Below the pieces are notes generated by a model. That model was not told the DNA's origin, did not search any database, and saw nothing but the letters and a program-made list of their open reading frames with translations. From the NCBI RefSeq assembly GCF_001017655.1, contig NZ_CP010904.1, forward strand, positions 1,050,001 through 1,082,000: DNA of 32,000 nt. The letters run 5' to 3'. Shown in pieces: positions 25,600 to 32,000 of this stretch (position 1 is the stretch's first letter; every line of letters begins with the position of its first letter). The translations under genes and the position numbers were made by a program. This DNA is from Kiritimatiella glycovorans. GTDB taxonomy: Bacteria; Verrucomicrobiota; Kiritimatiellia; Kiritimatiellales; Kiritimatiellaceae.

Positions 25600-25615
25600 C
25601 CCGGAGAGGCGGGCG
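25600..25615. repeat. Right copy of the 16-bp direct duplication flanking the IS30-family element
   Basis: cccggagaggcgggcg is identical to 24376-24391. Confidence 0.85.
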
Positions 25616-25658
25616 CCCAACCTTGACAAAAATCCTGGCTTCCACTACATCTAACGCC

Positions 25659-28010
25659 ATGAAACCGCTCTCCAGAACGACCTCTTGGGGCGAGTGCCCC
25701 GATCGCCTGAAAAGCGATTTCCTATCAAACAAAAAGAACGTGATCAAAACAACGAAGAGAAACCTGCTGGCCGCCGCGCTCGTTGCGGCGGGGATGATGA
25801 CAACTGTCAATGCCGCTGAGACCACTCCAAAGCTGGAGCTTGGCGGAGAGCGCCTGAAGCCGGGTGCCGTGCTGGAGCTAACTGATGGCGTGCCGGACTG
25901 GCGGGAGCTGTTTAGGGCCGATTTCACGCTGCACACGCGGGTCAAGCCGGACGGCGACCGCTTCGGCGACGGGATCATGTTTTCCTGGCGCAGTTTGGAA
26001 AACCGCCTGCACATGGGCGCGCTGCTGGGCTGCCAGCCGATCAACCGCGACAGCTTCCGCATGCTTTATTTCTTCATCGACATGCCCAAGGGCGATGTCA
26101 CCGGCATGACCAGCAGACAGATTGCGGGGAACTCGCGGCGCGGCTACATCGGCGTGCCGCTCTGGCCGGAGATCGAGCCGATCAACGAGAAGGGCTGGCA
26201 CGACATCATCGTGCGGACGCAGGGCAACTTCATCGAAATCTTCATCGACGGCGTGGTGCGGGCGAAGAAAAACGTGGCCGCCAGTCCGAGGGTCCAGGCG
26301 AACACCATGTTTCCGAGGACCGTTTACGCGGACCGCTCCTGGACAGCGGTGGGCGGCGAAGCGGACGGGCGGCTGCCGTTCCCGGGCGAGATTGACGGTT
26401 TTAGGGCATGGGATCGCGCGCTCTCCGACGACGAGATCAAGGAACTCAGCGGCGGGGTGTTTCAGGGCAACTACGACCGCCCGTTCGGATGGAACCAGCT
26501 CGGACTGTTCCCCAACGACTGGAGCTATGAAAAGCGCAAGGAGTGGATCGACCAACAGTGCCTGCGCATGCAGCGCGAGCTGATTGCAAACGAGCCGTTC
26601 TACCCGCGTTTCCATCCGACCTTTGTCACCGATACCTACAACCACATGACGATCCATGCCAAGGGCAAGACCCACCTGGTGCCTTATTTCGGTTTCGGTT
26701 ACTGGAACTCCTTCCCGATCTGGGATAACTGGGCCTTCGGACATCTGGTCAGCGACGACGGCGTGCGCTGGAAAACGGTGGAACAGATCTGGAAACTGCC
26801 CTCGCTCAACGGCACGCTCTACGAGGAAAAGAAGACCGGCGAGGTGCTCGGCCTGCTCGGCTGGGCTGGGCCGGACTTCCAGCGCTTTTCGCTCGACCGA
26901 AAGATGAACGTCATTCGAGCCGAGGACGACGACCTGCTCAAGTGGAGCCAGCACGAGCGCTCGCCTTTGAACGTTTATGAGCCGGAGGGATGGGTCGGGC
27001 AGGACTGCGATATCTTCGAGCAAGACGGTGCCTATTACATGGTCGCCGCTTGCAAGAGTTTCCATGGAGACCCCGAGAAACGCTCGGACATCCACCTCTA
27101 CCGCTCCGATAACCTGCTCGACTGGGAATACGTCGGGCTCTTCTACAGCGGCAGCAATGAAGGCTACGGCACCGAGGCGCTGCACATCTTCCCGATCGAA
27201 GACAAGCTGGTGATGACCGGCTGTCACCGGATCGATCTCGATGCCGGCTACCTCATCGGAACGATGCGGGACGGCAGGTTTGTGCCGGATGTGCCGCTCG
27301 GAGAGCGCAATGGGCTGTTTCGCTTCAATTATGAAAGTCCGGCAGAACGAAAAACCCTCCCCCCCACAGTCTGGACCGTGGTTGACGCGAAGGGTCGCCA
27401 CGTAGCCAACCAGTGGCTTTGGTTCAACGCCTACTCGCGGAAATACGGGGTGCGCGAGTCGATGCGGCGCGGCTGGAACGGCAGCAGCTATTCGCTTTCG
27501 CAGGAGGTCAAACTCCTGTCCGACGGCTCGGTCGGCCTCTTCCCGCTTCCGGAATATGCGGAACTGCGCAAGCCCGATTCGCACCGCTCTACGAGCGGAC
27601 TTAACGATGGCAAATCCGAAACCCTCACCGGCCCGGCATGGCTCGATCTTGTCGCCAAGTGGAACGGCGAGGGCGAGTCCGTGACACTGGTGCTCAGCAA
27701 GGGCGGCAAGGATGAGGTGCGGATTGTCTATGAAGACGGCAAAGGCGTGCGGCTCGCCCCTTCGGCGGGATCTCCCGCCTTCATCCGCAACCGCGATTTC
27801 GTCCCTGTCGCTTTTGACGACGCGGACAAGGAAATCCGCGTCTTCCTCGACGGCCTCTTCACCGAGGTCTATGTCGCGGGCCGATTCTTCGGCTTCAAAT
27901 GGCACAACGAGGCACCCGGCGAAGTGACCGCCCGCTTCGAAAAGATTGGCGGCACCGCCGAACTCGAATCCCTCGACCTCTGGGAGATGGGCTCCTGCTG
28001 GGTGAAATGA
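25659..28010 (+). CDS. Secreted two-module protein: N-terminal LamG/ConA-like domain plus a GH32-like five-bladed-propeller and beta-sandwich body with non-canonical catalytic motifs
   Basis: The track ORF starts at 25401, inside IS30, which is rejected. The first ATG outside the IS is 25659. A GTG at 25740 (V-IKTTKRNLLAAALVAAGMMTTVNA) would give an N-terminus like the other signal peptides. LamG block: GWHDIIVRTQGNFIEIFIDGVVRAKK...FPGEIDGFRAWDRALSDDEIKEL. GH32-like blocks: YPRFHPTFVTDTYNH (position of WMNDPNG), WAFGHLVSDDGVRW, GQDCDIFEQDGAYYMV (position of RDP), GTEALHIFPIEDKLVM (position of ECP), and SLSQEVKLLSDGSVGLFPLPEYAELRKP. Confidence 0.6.
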   Translation: MKPLSRTTSWGECPDRLKSDFLSNKKNVIKTTKRNLLAAALVAAGMMTTVNAAETTPKLELGGERLKPGAVLELTDGVPDWRELFRADFTLHTRVKPDGDRFGDGIMFSWRSLENRLHMGALLGCQPINRDSFRMLYFFIDMPKGDVTGMTSRQIAGNSRRGYIGVPLWPEIEPINEKGWHDIIVRTQGNFIEIFIDGVVRAKKNVAASPRVQANTMFPRTVYADRSWTAVGGEADGRLPFPGEIDGFRAWDRALSDDEIKELSGGVFQGNYDRPFGWNQLGLFPNDWSYEKRKEWIDQQCLRMQRELIANEPFYPRFHPTFVTDTYNHMTIHAKGKTHLVPYFGFGYWNSFPIWDNWAFGHLVSDDGVRWKTVEQIWKLPSLNGTLYEEKKTGEVLGLLGWAGPDFQRFSLDRKMNVIRAEDDDLLKWSQHERSPLNVYEPEGWVGQDCDIFEQDGAYYMVAACKSFHGDPEKRSDIHLYRSDNLLDWEYVGLFYSGSNEGYGTEALHIFPIEDKLVMTGCHRIDLDAGYLIGTMRDGRFVPDVPLGERNGLFRFNYESPAERKTLPPTVWTVVDAKGRHVANQWLWFNAYSRKYGVRESMRRGWNGSSYSLSQEVKLLSDGSVGLFPLPEYAELRKPDSHRSTSGLNDGKSETLTGPAWLDLVAKWNGEGESVTLVLSKGGKDEVRIVYEDGKGVRLAPSAGSPAFIRNRDFVPVAFDDADKEIRVFLDGLFTEVYVAGRFFGFKWHNEAPGEVTARFEKIGGTAELESLDLWEMGSCWVK

Positions 28011-28269
28011 ATAAGGCTTTCAATAGGGTCACTCCGTAAATCCATAAATACACCCTGAATCCGTTGGATAGCCGATTATTCGGCTTTTCGGCGGCTGAGA
28101 CGTTTCGAGGCGTGGTGCAGCTCCTTGGTTTCGCTTGAATGGACAGTGCTTCTTTGCTGATCTTTTTCGAGCATCGCGTAAAACACCCTCTTTTCGGGCA
28201 CAGATTGCGGCACCGAGGCACACGACCCCCTCCGCGTTTGCGGTTGGCAGGAGTGGTTTGGCGCAGCGC

Positions 28270-29601
28270 TTATGCGAAGGATGCGGCCACTGCGTTGAGC
28301 ACATCGAACCAGGGGCTGTGTCGCCCGAAGTCGAGTATGGTCTGTCCGGCGTGCCGGACGATCCGGCAGGCGCAGTAGATCAGATTCTGAAGGATCGTTT
28401 TCATCCGCCAGCGTTGCACCTTGATCTTTTGCGGCGCGAGGTGTTTATGACGAAGCATTTCCTGCCCGAGCGTACGCAACAGGTTGAACGCAACCATGGC
28501 ACAGAGCAGGATGATGCGGTTCGCGCAAAGTTTTCCGGACGGCAGCCGCTCGACGTCGAGGTCGCTTTTAAGTTCGGAATGGAACTGTTCACTGGTGCCG
28601 TGGTCGTGGTAGAGGTCGATGACTGTTGTCGCTGCACAAGGTAGATTCGTCCAGTAGGTTTCGACTTCGATTTCCGGGATGAGCAGCTCGAATCCGTCGT
28701 GATCGACAAGCCGTTCGGTCACCTTGAAGGCGACAGGCACACAGGGACGATCTTCATTCCCGCCGGGATGCAGATGGTGGACAAAGCCGGTGTAAACGTT
28801 CTTCCCTTCGCGGGTTTCGAGCTTTTCGCCCACGCGCCGGGCGAGTGCGAGCCATTGCTCCAGGCTCTCTTTGCGCAGGTTGCGCTTGACGATGAATTGG
28901 TTTTTCCCGAACGGGTCGAAGTTGTCTTCTGCGTCGTTGCCGCTGTCGAGGCGGAACAGGCATTGCCCTTCCAGACCAAGATGACGGAGCATTTGCGCTG
29001 CACGCTTAATCGCTTCGGGCGTACCGGATTGACAGTGCTGTTTGCCGGGACGAAGTTCACAGTCGAGCATGTATCCTTCGGTTCCGATATAGGCGAACGT
29101 CGGCGCAAAGCCATCATGCTTTTTGTATGTGAATGAAACACCCTGCTTGGATGAGCCGGAGTTATCGAACGGACTGACATCCATATCGACCGGAACGAGT
29201 TCGAGGCCGTCTGCATCTACGCGGCCGAAACTGCGGTTGTGCAGCAATCCAAGGTTGAGCGTGCGCAGGGCGGCATGGGTGCGCTCGCCGGGCAGATCGT
29301 CAAAGCGGGTGCGAAACACCGGCTCGGAAGCAATGGTCTTAAGGCCGAATGCATTTTTGAACACCGTGTCGTTGCGATAGAGGTCGATATCATTGAAATC
29401 CGTTCGTGCATTGCAGTGCAGGCCAATCTGGGTCAGAAGGATATCACGGTCGGCGATGGCATTCGAACGGCGGGGCTGGAAGTTCTCGGGCAAGTGACTT
29501 TGCGGAAGGTTTCCAAGGATCATGCCGCAGAGATGATTTCCGGCAGTTGAGTTGAGCTCGGCCTTGCTTTTGCGGAGTTTGAACGGTTTAATCATTTTCA
29601 C
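28270..29601 (-). CDS. IS1380-family DDE transposase
   Basis: 443 aa, starting at GTG 29601 or ATG 29595. Family-typical blocks: VPVDMDVSPFDNSGSSKQGVSFTYKKHDGFAPTFAYIG, CLFRLDSGNDAEDNF, and IDLYHDHGTSEQFHSELKSDLDVERLPSGKLCANRIILLCAMVAFNLLR. Confidence 0.85.
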   Translation of the reverse strand: MKMIKPFKLRKSKAELNSTAGNHLCGMILGNLPQSHLPENFQPRRSNAIADRDILLTQIGLHCNARTDFNDIDLYRNDTVFKNAFGLKTIASEPVFRTRFDDLPGERTHAALRTLNLGLLHNRSFGRVDADGLELVPVDMDVSPFDNSGSSKQGVSFTYKKHDGFAPTFAYIGTEGYMLDCELRPGKQHCQSGTPEAIKRAAQMLRHLGLEGQCLFRLDSGNDAEDNFDPFGKNQFIVKRNLRKESLEQWLALARRVGEKLETREGKNVYTGFVHHLHPGGNEDRPCVPVAFKVTERLVDHDGFELLIPEIEVETYWTNLPCAATTVIDLYHDHGTSEQFHSELKSDLDVERLPSGKLCANRIILLCAMVAFNLLRTLGQEMLRHKHLAPQKIKVQRWRMKTILQNLIYCACRIVRHAGQTILDFGRHSPWFDVLNAVAASFA

Positions 29602-29735
29602 CTGTTGGGTTAACGGGGTTTCAAGTAGTGCGACTATGTTAGTCGTTCAGCGGTGGTCCCGGAAAACGGAGCCAGTGAGGGGCGGATAGACAGCATCGGG
29701 TTCTCCCGGTAAAAAGGAGACCGAAAGGAGAACCG

Positions 29736-30041
29736 ATGAAGAAGCCGAGACGAAATCACAGCGCGCAGTTCAAGGCGCGTATCGCGATGGAAGCGTTGCG
29801 CGGCATCAAGACCGTGGCGGAGATCGCGGCGGAAAACAACGTGCATCCGACCATGGTGACTCGATGGAAGACGGAGCTCACAGAGGGCGCAGCCGATCTC
29901 TTTGAGCGCAAGAACGCGCCGGACCTAGAAAAGCGCGGGCTGGAAAAGAACTGCGAGCGGCTGGAGCGAAAAGTAGGTCAGCTGGTGATTGAGAAGGAGT
30001 GGATGGAAAAAAAATGCGTCGAGTTGGGGATCGATCCGTGA
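29736..30041 (+). CDS. IS3-family transposase OrfA (helix-turn-helix and leucine-zipper protein)
   Basis: AAGGAGA and GGAG lie upstream of the ATG. Sequence: MKKPRRNHSAQFKARIAMEALRGIKTVAEIAAENNVHPTMVTRWK... followed by a coiled-coil tail. Confidence 0.9.
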   Translation: MKKPRRNHSAQFKARIAMEALRGIKTVAEIAAENNVHPTMVTRWKTELTEGAADLFERKNAPDLEKRGLEKNCERLERKVGQLVIEKEWMEKKCVELGIDP

Positions 30042-30895
30042 GGAAGGCTCTGGTGGATCCTTCTGATGCTCAACTCTCGCTGCGGCGCCAATGTGCTCTG
30101 CTGGGCGTCAACCGGAACCGGTTGACGCCGCCGGAGCCCAGGGCGACGATCACGGACTTACGGATTATGAGGATGCTCGACGAACTTCATCTGCGTTTCC
30201 CGACGTTCGGGACGCGGGGGCTGCGCCGATTACTCAAGCGCGAACAGGGGCTGAACGTGGGGCGAAAGCGGCTTCGCCGGCTGATGAGGCTCGCGCATAT
30301 CTCGGCTCTCCGCCCGCGGCCGCGGACCAGCGCACCGGGCAAGGGGCATCGCATCTATCCGTATTTGCTGCGTGGAGTGGATGTTACGCGGCCGAATCAG
30401 GTCTGGTGCGCCGATATCACCTATATCCCGATGCCGCGAGGGTATTGCTACCTGGTGGCCGTCATGGACTGGTACAGCCGGAAAGTGCTCGGGTGGGAAC
30501 TGAGCACCACGATGGATACCGCGTTCTGCCTGCGGGCCTTTCGATCGGCGGTGGCCACGGCCGGACGGGCGCCGGAGATCATGAATACCGATCAGGGCTC
30601 GCAGTTCACGTCGACGGATTGGATCAGGGAGATGAAACAGCACGAGGGCTTAAAAATCAGCATGGATGGGACGGGCCGCTGGGTGGACAATGTGTTCATC
30701 GAGCGGCTGTGGTGGAGCCTGAAGTATGAGGATGTTTATCTGAAAAGCTATGAAACGCCCCGGGAAACCGGGCGCGGCGTGGGGGCGTGGCTGGAGCGCT
30801 ACAATACCGAACGTCCGCATTCATCGATCGGGGATCGAACGCCCGATGAGGCGTACTTCGGAATCGAGGCGGAGTCGAAATGGAGAGCGGCATGA
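29999..30895 (+). CDS. IS3-family transposase OrfB (DDE integrase core), in the -1 frame relative to OrfA and probably made as an OrfAB fusion
   Basis: Motifs: PNQVWCADITYIPM, YLVAVMDWYSRKVLGW, MNTDQGSQFTS, ERLWWSLKYEDVY, and RYNTERPHSSIGDRTPDEAY. The ORF overlaps orfA by 43 nt across the A8 run. Confidence 0.9.
   Translation: MDGKKMRRVGDRSVRKALVDPSDAQLSLRRQCALLGVNRNRLTPPEPRATITDLRIMRMLDELHLRFPTFGTRGLRRLLKREQGLNVGRKRLRRLMRLAHISALRPRPRTSAPGKGHRIYPYLLRGVDVTRPNQVWCADITYIPMPRGYCYLVAVMDWYSRKVLGWELSTTMDTAFCLRAFRSAVATAGRAPEIMNTDQGSQFTSTDWIREMKQHEGLKISMDGTGRWVDNVFIERLWWSLKYEDVYLKSYETPRETGRGVGAWLERYNTERPHSSIGDRTPDEAYFGIEAESKWRAA
30008..30014 (+). other. Candidate programmed -1 ribosomal frameshift heptamer A-AAA-AAA
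   Basis: A run of 8 A at 30007-30014 lies in the orfA/orfB overlap. In the orfA frame it reads GAA-AAA-AAA-TGC. A -1 slip continues into ATG-CGT-CGA (MRRVGD...) of orfB. Confidence 0.7.
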
Positions 30896-31161
30896 AGAGG
30901 CGAGTTGCCCACAGCCATGCGACCGTCTCCGACGAGTTCAATGACCCATTCTCGACGGCCGCAGGCTATGGACAACTCGCCGGAGTTGTGGCAGAACACT
31001 CGCAGGAAGCGGGAGCCCTGATGCTGACTTAAAGTTCGAAAAAACTGGCTCCGCTATCGGGACCACCGCTTTCCCGCTCAACAGGTAACTATTTTTTTGC
31101 AAAAATTAACTCACGGATTCAGGATTAAAAGCAATTTCCTAGCAAGAAGGAGTAATAACGA

Positions 31162-32000
31162 ATGATGAAAACAACAAGACGACTGGCCGCCATGATGATT
31201 GTGGCGGGGATGAATGTTAGCATTTCAGGGCTCTGGGCGGAGGTGGTGGACTACACGATCCCCTCGATGGATCGGGAGCCGGAGAAAATCGCGCCGGCTG
31301 TGGTTCTCGAAGACGCGGTCTTCCGCTTGAATTGTGCCGGGGAGAATGCAGCTGCCACATCCCCGGCCATCGCGGATGCGAGCGGTGTGGAGATGGGCGT
31401 CAGCCTGACGGAGGACGCGACGGTTCGGGCGCGCGCTCGTGGTGGTGCGGGGACGGCACTGGATCTGGCGGAGGGCTCAATCCGGGTGGCGCCATCGGCG
31501 GATGTCAATCGCGAGCATGAGACCTTCTCGCTTTACGTTCGCCTGCGCGATCCCGAAGGGAAATGGGACTATCCGATTCTCGGCAGCTACGGCAGCGACG
31601 AGAAGGTGAGTTTCTTTTTGCATGCGGTGGATGGCAGGAAGAAGCCACAGGAGAACATCAATTCGGGCGGAGCCCGGCTGCCGTCGATAGCGGCGATGTT
31701 GTTTTCCGAGGAAGACGGCGTCGATTATATCGACGGACACAAATCGATGATCGAGTTCGTGATCGGCCTGCCGCGCGCGCCGGAGTATTACCTCAATCGT
31801 CAGACGAACGCCAAGAAGAAGGCGGGCGTGGAGACGGATCACCTGCTCGAGGATGCCCGAAACGGCGTGATGCGGGTGACCTTTCCCGTGGCCTGGATGG
31901 GACCGAAGGACTGGCATGACATCGTGGTGCGTTTTACCGGTCCGAAGCTCGAGCTGTTTGTCGATGGCGTGCTCGTCGACGTAGAATATCCGATCGGCAA
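31162..32000 (+). CDS. Secreted LamG/ConA-like domain protein, 3' end outside the window; paralogue of the N-terminal module of 25659..28010
   Basis: AAGGAG (31147-31152) lies 9 nt upstream of the ATG, and an in-frame TAA lies at 31153. The frame is open to base 32000 by manual translation: MMKTTRRLAAMMIVAGMNVSISGLWA...ETFSLYVRLRDPEGKWDYPILGSYG...KDWHDIVVRFTGPKLELFVDGVLVD. This ORF is absent from the ORF track because it has no stop codon within the window. Confidence 0.75.
   Translation, partial: MMKTTRRLAAMMIVAGMNVSISGLWAEVVDYTIPSMDREPEKIAPAVVLEDAVFRLNCAGENAAATSPAIADASGVEMGVSLTEDATVRARARGGAGTALDLAEGSIRVAPSADVNREHETFSLYVRLRDPEGKWDYPILGSYGSDEKVSFFLHAVDGRKKPQENINSGGARLPSIAAMLFSEEDGVDYIDGHKSMIEFVIGLPRAPEYYLNRQTNAKKKAGVETDHLLEDARNGVMRVTFPVAWMGPKDWHDIVVRFTGPKLELFVDGVLVDVEYPIG

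Larger units (their letters stand above)
29637..31083 (+). mobile_element. IS3-family insertion sequence (about 1447 bp) nested in the IS1380-family element
   Basis: The inverted repeats share agcggtggtcccg...cggagccagt (29649-29677 versus the reverse complement of 31044-31071). The outer ends read TGTT... and ...AACA, giving the TG/CA termini typical of IS3. The element has the orfA/orfB arrangement with an A8 slippery run. The exact ends are uncertain by a few nt, and I could not identify a target duplication. Confidence 0.7.
28054..31123 (-). mobile_element. IS1380-family insertion sequence (about 1623 bp of its own sequence) interrupted in its 5' untranslated end by an IS3-family element
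   Basis: The 11-bp terminal inverted repeat cctgaatccgt (28054-28064) matches the reverse complement of acggattcagg (31113-31123). It starts with CC, as I recall for IS1380-family ends. With 29637-31083 removed the element is about 1.62 kb, the expected family size. No clear target duplication was seen. Confidence 0.6.

Noticed and set aside
28070-28088. Hairpin agccga-ttat-tcggct followed by TTT, a possible terminator of the LamG-GH32-like gene
   Set aside because: The stem is weak (6 bp) and the U-tract is short. It lies inside the inferred IS1380-family end (from 28054), so it cannot be the native terminator of the upstream gene. It may at most block read-through into the IS.
28135-28644. 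169-aa plus-strand ORF and other ORFs overlapping the IS1380 transposase gene
   Set aside because: It is antisense to a transposase with strong family motifs and has no features of its own.
1-32000. Search by eye for CRISPR arrays, tRNA or rRNA genes, and defence, toxin-antitoxin or secretion-system genes
   Set aside because: I found no regularly spaced short repeats, no cloverleaf-compatible segments and no rRNA-like sequence. The nearest candidate, caggg-ttcacgtttg-ccctg at about 21214-21233, has a 10-nt loop and no acceptor stem. All large ORFs are accounted for by CAZymes, sulfatases and transposases.

Overview
High-GC window (coding regions roughly 60-65% GC by eye) in two parts. (1) Bases 1-21060 hold one co-directional plus-strand cluster of secreted carbohydrate-active enzymes with short intergenic gaps: a sulfatase-LamG fusion (5' end cut by the window), two tandem GH78 alpha-L-rhamnosidase-LamG paralogues, a third divergent GH78, a second S1 sulfatase with an intact C-x-P-x-R motif, a large beta-strand-repeat protein fused to a pectate-lyase-3-type beta-helix, a stand-alone beta-helix paralogue, and a GH106-like rhamnosidase. 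This content suggests breakdown of a sulfated, rhamnose-rich polysaccharide (inference). The gene content looks like a PVC-group bacterium such as Kiritimatiellota or Verrucomicrobiota (weak inference). (2) Bases 21544-31123 are an insertion-sequence pile-up: an intact IS4-family element, a 3' fragment of an IS1634-like transposase, a C-terminal fragment of an IS91-like transposase, an intact IS30-family element inside a GC-rich palindrome with a 16-bp duplication, and an IS1380-family element split by an IS3-family element. Two LamG-domain genes, one with a GH32-like body, are embedded among these elements. I saw no rRNA, tRNA or CRISPR array, and no defence, toxin or secretion system that I could support. 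The least explained signals are non-coding. One is a modular intergenic repeat family: a conserved hairpin-plus-RBS leader that continues into a shared signal peptide on unrelated enzymes. The other is a bipartite GATCGCGAAT repeat module. Also notable are a 56-nt hyperdivergent patch inside otherwise identical LamG 3' ends and the IS30 insertion into a hairpin. All family assignments come from motif recognition by eye, not from searches.
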